Positions 1 to 9,061 of a stretch of 20,000 bases of DNA are shown piece after piece. The notes under the pieces were generated by a model. That model did not search any database. It worked only from the letters and a program-made list of their open reading frames with translations, and had not been told where the DNA came from. The stretch is taken from IMG/VR virus record IMGVR_UViG_3300023109_000017; one strand, written 5' to 3'. The stretch is from an uncultured virus (IMG/VR IMGVR_UViG_3300023109_000017). Lineage: Duplodnaviria > Heunggongvirae > Uroviricota > Caudoviricetes. Within the stretch, counting starts at the first letter, position 1, and each line of letters starts with the position of its first letter. Position numbers and translations under genes: made by a program.

Positions 1-642
1 GTAATGACAAATGCGCTAGCTTTAAATGATCACGTTGAGATTATTAACTTTGGTGGTCCTTTAAGATCAGCTCAAGATCCTCTTACTGAAACTAAATTTA
101 CAGCAACCGCTGGTCAGACCGCATTTGCTCTTAATTATACAGCCGGTCATATTACAGTATTTTTAAATGGTGCTAAACTATCAGCTGATGATTATACTGC
201 AACTAATGGCACATCAGTAGTCTTAACAACAGGAGCAGCTCTTAATGATGTTGTAGAAGTTATTGAGCATGGTGTAGCATTCGCTACTCCTTACAGCGCT
301 ACTCACTATACAAAGGGTGTAAGCGGTAATGTATCTGGTAATATTGTATCTAGTTTAACATACACTCCAGGTAAAGAAGCAGTATATCTTAACGGCATTA
401 AATTACTAAGCGGTGATGATTATACAACAGTAGATAGCGGTAGCTCAATTACATTTATAAATAGCATTGTCGATAGCGATAGAATTGAAGTTGTCGATCA
501 CGGAATTGTAACAGAGGCAACTCTAGGATTAGACTCAGCTGCAACAATTAATTTAATTGATTCTGACTACGTTGCTGCAAGAGCAGGATCGGGCGGAGTA
601 ACAACAGGTAAGGCAATAGCGATGGCTATTGTATTTGGATGA
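1..642 (+). CDS. Virion structural / tail-fibre-like repeat protein, probably 5'-truncated by the window edge
   Basis: Frame is open from base 1 (GTA before ATG at 4) and begins mid-repeat (LNDHVEIINFG). Two more ~65-70 aa repeats follow (YTAGHITVFLNGAKLSADDYT..LNDVVEVIEHG; YTPGKEAVYLNGIKLLSGDDYT..DSDRIEVVDHG), then DSAATINLIDSDYVAAR and C-terminal GVTTGKAIAMAIVFG. Confidence 0.7.
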   Translation, partial: VMTNALALNDHVEIINFGGPLRSAQDPLTETKFTATAGQTAFALNYTAGHITVFLNGAKLSADDYTATNGTSVVLTTGAALNDVVEVIEHGVAFATPYSATHYTKGVSGNVSGNIVSSLTYTPGKEAVYLNGIKLLSGDDYTTVDSGSSITFINSIVDSDRIEVVDHGIVTEATLGLDSAATINLIDSDYVAARAGSGGVTTGKAIAMAIVFG

Positions 643-657
643 TAACGGAGAAAATTA

Positions 658-1017
658 ATGGCAAATCCTAATATAGTAGCCGTAACAGAAATACTTGGAG
701 AAAGTGTTGGCGCTGTAGCTACTACTTCTTTTGTTAATATAGTAACTAATACTGCTAGCAGCGGAAAAGTTTATAAGATTAATTCTCTTATTGCTACTAA
801 TATTGATACTGTTGGCGCTCAAGATATTTCTGTAAATTATGTATCAGGGGGATCTTCTTATGCACTAGCTAGAAATATTTCCATTCCTACAACATCAAGT
901 TTAGTAGCTGTTGCAAAAGATAGTGGAATTTATCTAAATGAAGGAGATTCTATAGCTATTAAAGGGGGTGTAGCTTCGGTATTAGAGGTTGTATGTTCTT
1001 ATGAGATTATATCATGA
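658..1017 (+). CDS. Small beta-rich virion protein (MANPNIV-type), putative fibre adaptor
   Basis: 119 aa; GGAG RBS at 647-650; alternating hydrophobic beta-strand pattern; stop overlaps next start (ATGA 1014-1017). Confidence 0.65.
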   Translation: MANPNIVAVTEILGESVGAVATTSFVNIVTNTASSGKVYKINSLIATNIDTVGAQDISVNYVSGGSSYALARNISIPTTSSLVAVAKDSGIYLNEGDSIAIKGGVASVLEVVCSYEIIS

Positions 1018-4000
1018 GAGGTAATACAGGATTAATTGGATCTGTAACTACAGGTAAGGGCACTATGGGAGTGTCTGAACATTTTAATCTAACCAAAAAT
1101 AATACAATAGAAAATAATGAAATTGGATTTAGACTTGATGTAGGCATCACTAACTTAAATAGACCTGAAATAGCTAGATACACCATGCTTGGATACACTA
1201 ACTTTGAAGGAGTTTTTGTTGCGCCACATGGTAAGTATTTTTACACCGTTCATAATACAGAAAGCTATGGTATTCGTCAATATCTTATGACGAATAGACA
1301 TGAGATAGAATCTGCTTCCTACTATAAAGACTTTGTGCCTAATCAGACCTCACAATATATAAACGCTGAAGCAATTTACTTTAGAGATGATGGTAAAACA
1401 GTTTATATTTTAAATAGGCCTGGTAGTAATAGTTTTATAAGCGAATTTAGTTTAAGCTCTCCGTGGGAAATTGATACTGCTACCTTTGTACAGGTAGATA
1501 GTTTCGGCAGTTTTCACGCTGATGCTAGTGATGCTTACTTTAAACCAGATGGTACAGCTGTCTTCGTTACTGATACTACTGATGACTATGTAAGAAGATA
1601 TAATATGTCAACTGCGTGGGATATTTCAACTATGAGTGGAGTAATAGATGAATATGATGCTACCTCTATAGAAGCTACTCCTCAAGGCCTTACCTTTAAT
1701 AATGACGGGTCTAAAATGTACATATCAGGTACAACTCAAGATCGCATATCAGAAGTGGATCTTACAACGCCTTGGGATGTTACTACTGCTACGTTTAATA
1801 ATGTTACTTCTGACTTTTTAACAGATAACGACCCCTATACTGTACAGTTTGCAGATAATGGATACAAATTGTATGTTTTGAATAGAATTTGTCAATCTTT
1901 AATAGGTTATTCATTAAGTACTGCTTATGATATCTCTACAATGAAAGTAGGAGGATGCGCAGATTGGTTTATGCCTTTAGAGCCTTTAGATTTAAGTCCA
2001 AAATCTATATACTTTAAACCTGACGGTACTGAATTATTTTTTAGTGGTCACAATCTGGACAAGATATACAACATATCTTTAAGTACCGCATGGGATCTCT
2101 CAACCGGAACTTTAAACTATACTTTAGATGTGAATGCCCAAACATTAACTCCTTACGGCCTAACATTTAATACAGCTGGCACCAAGATGTGGATAGGTGA
2201 TGCTAATAATCTTATATACGAATATGATTTAAGCGCTGCTTGGGACCTCTCAACTGTTTCTTTTAATTACACTAAGCTAGGAGAGACAACTGGAGCAGAT
2301 ATTACTGATGTGTTTGTTAGCTCTGATGGAAGTAAATTTTACTATGTTGATTTTAATAATGATACAGTGTATACATATCCTTTAAGTACGGCATATGATC
2401 TTAGCACTGCTGGTACAGCAGTTGCTTGGACAGGTTTTGTTACTCAAGAGAATCAGCCAAAATCTATATTTTTTAGCTCTGATGGAACTAAAGTATACTT
2501 AAGTGGGTCTTCAGGAGATGATTTTAATCAGTATAATCTTTCTTCTGCGTGGGATTTATCTACTGCAGTATTTGATGATCGACGTAAACCTCTTTTTACC
2601 GGTAATATTCCTGATAGTATGTTTTTTAGCTCTGATGGTTTACAGCTATTTGTTCTTGATACAAGCACTACAGCTGATGAAGAATCAATAATAAAGTTAA
2701 CATTATCTACCGCATGGGATTTATCTACAGTAAGTCCTAGGACGCCTAACTCAGTTTACTTTCCCGAAGTATTAGAAAACAATGCCACTGGCATGGCTAT
2801 AAGCACCGATGGAACTAAGCTGTATATAATTGATGTAAGCCCTGACATTATCTATCAATACACTTTGTCTACTGCGTTTGAAATAACTACTGCGACTTAT
2901 GATTCAATAAGTTTAGATGTAACATCTCAAGAAAATAGTCCTAGAGCTATTGTGTTTAAACCAGACGGAACTAAAATGTTTATTCTTGGTAATGGAGGTG
3001 ATAGAGTAGACGAATTTGCTTTGTCAACTCCTTGGAATATATCTACTGCTTCGTTAACAGTTACTTCTGCTTCAGTAGGCTCTCAAGAAGGTAATGCTAT
3101 GGGTATGCATTTCTCTAAGGACGGAAAGACTTTTTATATTACAGGTACATCATCAGATAGAGTTGATACATTTGGGTTAGAAACAGCCTGGGATGTTACT
3201 AATATTAAACCTAAACTTGACTACCTCTTAGTAACTACCACTAACACTCAAGCCGTTGAAATTAGTCCGGACGGTACTAATTTGTATGTGTGCGGAGAAA
3301 ACACAGACGCAGTATATCAATATGAGCTAGCCGACCCTCATAATGTATATTCCGGTACTTTTGTAAGATCTTTATCAGTATCTACATACGGTTTAAACCC
3401 TAAAGGTATAAGATTTAAACCTGATGGTACTAGATTTCTTGTTTGCAGTTCAACAAATGCTATTTATGAATATAATTTAACTACTCCGTGGGATATATCT
3501 ACTGCCACATACGCAAACCCTGTTCAACAAGGCGCATATGGTTCTAGTACGGATTTAGAAGGCTTTTTTTATGCTGATAATGGCACAAAACTTTTCATGG
3601 CAGATAATACTAATAACCAAATAGACTTTAGAAATTTAGATAATCCTTGGGTTGCGCAGGCTAATAACGTTGGCGCAAGTTCCATACAGCTACAAAATTA
3701 TGGTGATTCCTCGCTTACAACTCCAAATGGAGTATATGTTTCTCCAGATGGAAAAGATATGTTTGTAAGTTTTTATGCAACTAATGTAGGTAAAGTTGCG
3801 CATTTTAAACTTGCAAATGCTTACTCATTTGTGACTGTCACTTTGCAGCATGTTTTTACTACTAATATGCAAAATCAGTCAGATGTTACATTTAAATCTG
3901 ACGGTACTAAAATGTATATTGTAACTAGTGGGACTGATCAAGTTAAGCAATATGATCTTAGTACTCCTTGGGATTTAACTACTGCCGTGTCTGCTCAGCA

Positions 4001-4283
4001 ATTGTATAGTCTTGCTGGTCAATTTAGTAACCCTCAAGGCTTGCATTTAAGCGCTGATGAGAAAAAGATGTTTATAGTAGGAGAAGGTGTAAATCAGATT
4101 AAATCTTATAATTTACCATCTGCTGGGATAGTAAATGAAGCAGTTACTGAAGGGTTTTCATTTGATATAAGTTTAGATTTTATAGGGGGGTGTAGAGACA
4201 TTGAATTTAGCTCTACAGGTCATAGAGTGTACTTGCTTAATAGATATGAAGCAGTAGTATACCAATATAATTTACCAAATTAA
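1014..4283 (+). CDS. Multi-beta-propeller repeat protein, putative receptor-binding/adhesin protein
   Basis: 1089 aa; about 20 tandem ~52-aa repeats, consensus F(K/S)xDGTK(M/L)Y...YxLSTAWDxSTA; coupled to the upstream gene. Confidence 0.75.
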   Translation: MRGNTGLIGSVTTGKGTMGVSEHFNLTKNNTIENNEIGFRLDVGITNLNRPEIARYTMLGYTNFEGVFVAPHGKYFYTVHNTESYGIRQYLMTNRHEIESASYYKDFVPNQTSQYINAEAIYFRDDGKTVYILNRPGSNSFISEFSLSSPWEIDTATFVQVDSFGSFHADASDAYFKPDGTAVFVTDTTDDYVRRYNMSTAWDISTMSGVIDEYDATSIEATPQGLTFNNDGSKMYISGTTQDRISEVDLTTPWDVTTATFNNVTSDFLTDNDPYTVQFADNGYKLYVLNRICQSLIGYSLSTAYDISTMKVGGCADWFMPLEPLDLSPKSIYFKPDGTELFFSGHNLDKIYNISLSTAWDLSTGTLNYTLDVNAQTLTPYGLTFNTAGTKMWIGDANNLIYEYDLSAAWDLSTVSFNYTKLGETTGADITDVFVSSDGSKFYYVDFNNDTVYTYPLSTAYDLSTAGTAVAWTGFVTQENQPKSIFFSSDGTKVYLSGSSGDDFNQYNLSSAWDLSTAVFDDRRKPLFTGNIPDSMFFSSDGLQLFVLDTSTTADEESIIKLTLSTAWDLSTVSPRTPNSVYFPEVLENNATGMAISTDGTKLYIIDVSPDIIYQYTLSTAFEITTATYDSISLDVTSQENSPRAIVFKPDGTKMFILGNGGDRVDEFALSTPWNISTASLTVTSASVGSQEGNAMGMHFSKDGKTFYITGTSSDRVDTFGLETAWDVTNIKPKLDYLLVTTTNTQAVEISPDGTNLYVCGENTDAVYQYELADPHNVYSGTFVRSLSVSTYGLNPKGIRFKPDGTRFLVCSSTNAIYEYNLTTPWDISTATYANPVQQGAYGSSTDLEGFFYADNGTKLFMADNTNNQIDFRNLDNPWVAQANNVGASSIQLQNYGDSSLTTPNGVYVSPDGKDMFVSFYATNVGKVAHFKLANAYSFVTVTLQHVFTTNMQNQSDVTFKSDGTKMYIVTSGTDQVKQYDLSTPWDLTTAVSAQQLYSLAGQFSNPQGLHLSADEKKMFIVGEGVNQIKSYNLPSAGIVNEAVTEGFSFDISLDFIGGCRDIEFSSTGHRVYLLNRYEAVVYQYNLPN

Positions 4284-4337
4284 TATATACTATATACGTG
4301 GAACAAAGAAACAACAAGCTGGGACTTAGTAGAATAA
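4284..4337 (+). pseudogene. Probable C-terminal relic of a displaced small gene (YTWNKETTSWDLVE*)
   Basis: The whole 54-nt spacer reads YILYTWNKETTSWDLVE-TAA with no ATG and abuts ATG 4338 (TAAATG). Confidence 0.45.
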
Positions 4338-7300
4338 ATGAGTATCAATAGAAAATTAGGTGACTTAGCAAACGTCTTAGATGACGGCACAGAAGGTCAG
4401 GTATTATCATTTAATGCCAGCGGAAAAATAGCGGCTAGCACGATGATTTCAGAAGGTACTCTAGGTACATTAACTCAGTCGTTTGACTCAAATCAAACAT
4501 CTTCAATATCATTATCCTCTGCAGCCAACACGGTCCCCTTTGTATCAGTATTCAAAGAAGTACCCCAGCTAGGAGTTAGTAGTAAAGGTCAGTGGGACGT
4601 TAATTCAAACGGAACTAATTACGATTTTTATGATGAAAAGCCTATTTCTTATACTAGTTCAACATTAACACCAAGTGCGACAGGCGATGGTACTTTTACT
4701 AGCAGTAATCCAGTTGTTTCAGGGTATGATATATCATTAATATCTAGTGGTTATATTAGACAGATAAATGCTACCAGTTCTAGTGGGGGAACGTGGACTG
4801 AATCTGCAGAATATTCATCTGATGGCACTAAAATTTATTTTTCACAACGTAATAGTGATATAATAAAAGTATTTTCTTTGTCAACAGCTTATGATATAAC
4901 TACAATTGCTGGAACCTCTTCGTCTGAATATACTTTATCTGCAGATGCTTGGGCTATTAGAGTAAATTCTGCTGGTACTAAGATATGGGTAGCTTATGAT
5001 GCATCAATTGAGCAATTCACTCTTAGTAGTTCACATGATATATCAACTGCGTCGAGTGATGGGACTTGGACGATTGGTACTTTTATTAGAGATATTCGTT
5101 TTAATGATGATGGTACTAAAATTTATATTGCGGATATTAACTCAGATGATATAAAGCAGTATTCATTAACAACAGCTTATGATATTACGGGAACTAAAAC
5201 TTTAGATGGTTCTATAACAGGATTAACTAATCCTACATCCATACTATTTAACAGCGATGGTTCAAAACTTTACTATGGGCAACAAAATAATAGTAGTGTT
5301 TATGTTAAAAATTTAGGAACACTTTATGATATAACCACAAATGTTAGCTCTGGAACTACTGTTGCTTGGGATAGTGGTGCAAATTCGGGCAGCTATGAAC
5401 CATTAGATATGTCATTTAATTCTGATGGGACTAGACTCTTTATTCTTCATAGCCAAAGTGGATCTCCATATCATAAATTTTTAAGTGAATTTACTTCAGG
5501 CTCTACTAATGCATTTAATTCTTCAGACGTAGGTAAGAAAGTCGTAGGTAACTCTGGATCTGCTATTATTACATCTGCTGCTGGTGCATACACTTCAGTC
5601 ACGCCTTTTGCGGATACTTCTGCAATTTCTTCTTGGCAGCTATTTGGCGCTCAAGGTAAGGCTGATGGATCCGGTATTGAATTAACTGGATTTGTTTCTG
5701 GTTATGACATATCATCTCCTTCTAACGTTAAATCGTGGGCAACTCCAGCAAGCCCTGCCGAAGATATAAGTTCTGCCATGTTAGGTAGTGACGGAACAAA
5801 AGGATTTTATTTAGACCCAGGCAATGATCAAATAGTTTATATAACTTTAAGTACCGCTTTTGATATTTCAACAGCTACTAGACAAGGTAGTTTTACTACA
5901 CAGTCATCTGAGGGGTCAAGAGGTTTATATATATTTGGCGATGGAACGAGAATCTATACAACTAGCCCATCGGATTATGTTAGAAGGTACGATTTATCTA
6001 CTGCATGGGATATAAGTACTGTTACTTATACTAATAATTTTTATCAAGCGGCGCAAGAGGCTTCTATGAATGGTTTAGAGTTTAAGCCTGATGGAACAAA
6101 GATGTATGTATGTGGAACTCAAAATAACACAGCTTACCAGTACAGTTTAAGCACAGCTTGGGATATAACAACAGCATCATATGATAGTAAAAGCCTATCT
6201 ATATCGGATGTTGGAACATCTGCTATGGATTTAAGATTTAACTCGGATGGAACTAAATTATTTGCTATGAGAAATACTGGTCAAATTTTAACTTATAATC
6301 TATCAACACCATATGATATTTCTACAGGTTCGTATTCATCAAGTGAAACATGGGTTACTGGTTATACTAATGTTTGGGGTTTTAGTTTTGCTAATAACGG
6401 AACTAAAATTTTAATTTCAAACTATAGTGCAGATCCAGACGAACTAGTCATGTATGATACTGGAGGAACTGATCATCCATACTCTACATACTCTCCAGCA
6501 CTCACAAATTCATCCAATGGCCAAATTAACTCATCAAGTTGGCAGGATATTAATTCTATGACAGCAGATGAGACTAAGAATGGCGGCGACATCTTCTATG
6601 CAGTATCTACTGACAACCGAACAAGCTGGGGTGTAGCTAAAGGTTCAGATGGCGTAAGAAAGATTGCAAAGAATAACTCTGGTACTTGGCAGTATAATAA
6701 TAATGCTGGATCACTAGAGGGGTTTGACTATACTAATGCTACGACTACTGGAGATACGTTAACAGTTGATGTATCTAATGTAGGAATTGCCGGAGGATCT
6801 AATCAAGGTATCATATTTAGTGGTGATGGAACAAAGTTTTACCTTGTTTATCAAGCAACTAGCAGTAATTCAAGAATTTATCAAGTTACTTTGGGTACAG
6901 CTTGGGATTTAACAAGCGGTACAACAAAATATACTTTTAACCCAAGTGTGACCCAAATTTCAGCTGGATCCATAGGTTTTAATCAAAACGGTACGGCTTT
7001 ATATATTGCATGGAGAGCACATCCAGGAACAGCAAGGTATTTTAAAAAATTTACTTTATCTACTGCATGGGATTTATCTACAGCTTCGGGTGGTGTAAAT
7101 AGTGCCAATTTAAATTCTTCTGGAGATTTTGAGACTTGCAGAGGACTTACTGTTGGTTTAAATGAAGAATTTATCGTAACTACAGATTATGCTGCAAGTG
7201 ATGATCATCTTGCTAAATTTACATTTGCAACAGCAGGAGATGTAACTTCAAGTATAACAAAATCGGAAAGTACTAATGTAACTTCTTATACTAATTTTCC

Positions 7301-7934
7301 TCCGGTTGGTTCGGGTAACACTCAGCTATCAATTGCAGGACCACAATTTTTTGACAATGGAAATAAATTATTTTTTATGAATTATAATTATGGAGGTGAT
7401 GCTTATATTGTAAATTTAACATCAGCCTATGATATAACTTCTGGCACTCTAGGATCTACTACAGGAGATATATCAGGCGCGGGAACTTGGATGGCATATG
7501 GTGTTAAACCCGATGGTACGAGACTATATATTTTTGATCATAATAGTTTAAGCTTAATTGAATATAGTACTGGAAATATTAATTATGATACATCTGAAAC
7601 TTGGGTTAACGGTACAAATAATAATGAACATGCAACATTACAGCAAGCTTTAACATCTCAAACATTCAATAGAATGGACAAGGCACAATTAGATGCAGTA
7701 GCTGACGGATATCACTTTAGCCAAGACAGTGCAGATACGTTAGACCTAATGATTGCGCCATATGCTACTTCAGGTACTAGCCCAATATCAGATGGTGTTA
7801 CGATTAATTATGATGCGGCATCAACGTACAAACAGGCGATACATGGTACTGAGTACGATGTAGAGTTTACTACTACAAACTCAGTGGATTTAACATCAAA
7901 GATATCAGCAAATTTAAAAGCAAGAGTGCTATAA
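4338..7934 (+). CDS. Virion protein with three five-repeat beta-propeller modules on a non-repetitive scaffold, putative adhesin
   Basis: 1198 aa; three blocks (~4722-5500, ~5700-6464, ~6720-7574), each starting G(Y/F)D and holding five DGTK-type repeats; N-terminus MSINRKLGDLANVL resembles phage fibre anchors. Confidence 0.75.
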   Translation: MSINRKLGDLANVLDDGTEGQVLSFNASGKIAASTMISEGTLGTLTQSFDSNQTSSISLSSAANTVPFVSVFKEVPQLGVSSKGQWDVNSNGTNYDFYDEKPISYTSSTLTPSATGDGTFTSSNPVVSGYDISLISSGYIRQINATSSSGGTWTESAEYSSDGTKIYFSQRNSDIIKVFSLSTAYDITTIAGTSSSEYTLSADAWAIRVNSAGTKIWVAYDASIEQFTLSSSHDISTASSDGTWTIGTFIRDIRFNDDGTKIYIADINSDDIKQYSLTTAYDITGTKTLDGSITGLTNPTSILFNSDGSKLYYGQQNNSSVYVKNLGTLYDITTNVSSGTTVAWDSGANSGSYEPLDMSFNSDGTRLFILHSQSGSPYHKFLSEFTSGSTNAFNSSDVGKKVVGNSGSAIITSAAGAYTSVTPFADTSAISSWQLFGAQGKADGSGIELTGFVSGYDISSPSNVKSWATPASPAEDISSAMLGSDGTKGFYLDPGNDQIVYITLSTAFDISTATRQGSFTTQSSEGSRGLYIFGDGTRIYTTSPSDYVRRYDLSTAWDISTVTYTNNFYQAAQEASMNGLEFKPDGTKMYVCGTQNNTAYQYSLSTAWDITTASYDSKSLSISDVGTSAMDLRFNSDGTKLFAMRNTGQILTYNLSTPYDISTGSYSSSETWVTGYTNVWGFSFANNGTKILISNYSADPDELVMYDTGGTDHPYSTYSPALTNSSNGQINSSSWQDINSMTADETKNGGDIFYAVSTDNRTSWGVAKGSDGVRKIAKNNSGTWQYNNNAGSLEGFDYTNATTTGDTLTVDVSNVGIAGGSNQGIIFSGDGTKFYLVYQATSSNSRIYQVTLGTAWDLTSGTTKYTFNPSVTQISAGSIGFNQNGTALYIAWRAHPGTARYFKKFTLSTAWDLSTASGGVNSANLNSSGDFETCRGLTVGLNEEFIVTTDYAASDDHLAKFTFATAGDVTSSITKSESTNVTSYTNFPPVGSGNTQLSIAGPQFFDNGNKLFFMNYNYGGDAYIVNLTSAYDITSGTLGSTTGDISGAGTWMAYGVKPDGTRLYIFDHNSLSLIEYSTGNINYDTSETWVNGTNNNEHATLQQALTSQTFNRMDKAQLDAVADGYHFSQDSADTLDLMIAPYATSGTSPISDGVTINYDAASTYKQAIHGTEYDVEFTTTNSVDLTSKISANLKARVL

Positions 7935-7982
7935 AATAATAATATATACCATATTAACTATATAATGTCCTAGGAGATAATA

Positions 7983-8204
7983 ATGACAGAAGAAAACAAA
8001 GTTCCTACAGTCGTGGTAAACGATAAGGAATATGAAATTGATAGTCTTAACAATGAACAGAAATATGCGATCTCTCAATTAAGAGATATTTCAAATAAAC
8101 TTAACGATCTTTCGTTTCAAACTGAACAATTAAAGGCCGCTCAACGGGTCTTTAGTGCGGCTCTTACAGAGTCACTTAAACCTGAAGAAAAATCAGAAGA
8201 GTAA
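7983..8204 (+). CDS. Small coiled-coil protein (DUF6447-like), possible fibre chaperone
   Basis: 73 aa; AGGAG RBS at 7972-7976; N-terminal hairpin TVVVNDKEYEIDSL followed by a heptad-like helix. Family name is from recall. Confidence 0.6.
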   Translation: MTEENKVPTVVVNDKEYEIDSLNNEQKYAISQLRDISNKLNDLSFQTEQLKAAQRVFSAALTESLKPEEKSEE

Positions 8205-8223
8205 AACAGTCCTATACTATTTT

Positions 8224-8252
8224 AAATGGTGGCTTTGGCTGCCATTTTTTTT
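8224..8252 (+). terminator. Rho-independent terminator ending the fibre operon
   Basis: Stem AAATGGTGGC / loop TTTG / GCTGCCATTT (two G:U pairs); T run at 8245-8252. Confidence 0.8.
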
Positions 8253-8254
8253 AT

Positions 8255-8280
8255 TATAAATAGTGCTAATATTATAAATA
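8255..8280 (+). promoter_or_regulatory. Two tandem T4-type late promoters upstream of gp13
   Basis: TATAAATA at 8255-8262 and 8273-8280, intergenic, just after the terminator. Confidence 0.85.
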
Positions 8281-8305
8281 GTATCAAGTAATTTAGGAAT
8301 ATCAT

Positions 8306-9058
8306 ATGGCTGTCCCTACTTCAAGAGCAACTCTTATTGAATATTGTCTTCGTCGACTGGGCGAACCAGTAATTGAAATCAATGTTGATCCGGATCAATT
8401 AGAGGATCGCCTTGATGAGGCACTGCAATACTTTAGAGAATTTCACTCTGAAGGCACGTTTAGAACTTTTTTTAAACATCAGGTTACGCCTGACGATGTA
8501 ACTAATGAATATATTAACATATCATCAGATATTATTCAAGTACAAAGACTATTTAGAATTTCATCAGGTACTGCTGGTAGAAACTTTTTTGATATAAAAT
8601 ATCAGATGCATCTTAATGATATTGCTGATCTTCACAGTTTTATTGGCGACCTAGGTTACTATGAACAAATGCAACAGTATTTGTCAGTCCTTGACATGAA
8701 GTTAACCGGTAGTCCTCAGGTCAGCTATGTGCGCAATCAGAACCGCTTATATATTCATGGTGACTTTGCTGATGGTGACATTAAAGAAGATGATTATTTG
8801 ATTGCCGAATGTTATCAGATCATAAATGGCTCTAGTCATGCTGCGATTTATAATGACATGTGGTTAAAGGAATACACTACAGCCCTTATTAAACAGCAAT
8901 GGGGATCTAACCTTATTAAATTTGAAGGTATGGTACTTCCGGGCGGTGTGCAGCTAAATGGTAGGCAGATATTTGAAGATGCTACTCAAGAGATAGCTCA
9001 ATTAAGAGAGAAAATCAGACTAGAGCATGAATTGCCAGCTGATTTCTTTATGGGGTAG
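8306..9058 (+). CDS. gp13: Neck protein gp13 (head-tail adaptor)
   Basis: YCLRRLGEPVIEINV, WLKEYTTALIKQQWGSNLIKF, LPGGVQLNG; synteny. Confidence 0.93.
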   Translation: MAVPTSRATLIEYCLRRLGEPVIEINVDPDQLEDRLDEALQYFREFHSEGTFRTFFKHQVTPDDVTNEYINISSDIIQVQRLFRISSGTAGRNFFDIKYQMHLNDIADLHSFIGDLGYYEQMQQYLSVLDMKLTGSPQVSYVRNQNRLYIHGDFADGDIKEDDYLIAECYQIINGSSHAAIYNDMWLKEYTTALIKQQWGSNLIKFEGMVLPGGVQLNGRQIFEDATQEIAQLREKIRLEHELPADFFMG

Positions 9059-9061
9059 TTA

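Noticed and set aside
456..463. Intragenic TATAAATA in ORF1, and another at 10804-10811 in gp15, each ~195 nt before the next gene
   Set aside because: A few chance copies of this all-A/T 8-mer are expected in 20 kb of AT-rich DNA; cannot be called promoters without transcript data.
1014..7934. Periodic repeats as a CRISPR array or diversity-generating retroelement TR/VR pair
   Set aside because: Repeats are degenerate, in-frame protein repeats with a ~156-nt period; no long pair differing only at adenines, and no cas or reverse transcriptase gene in the window.
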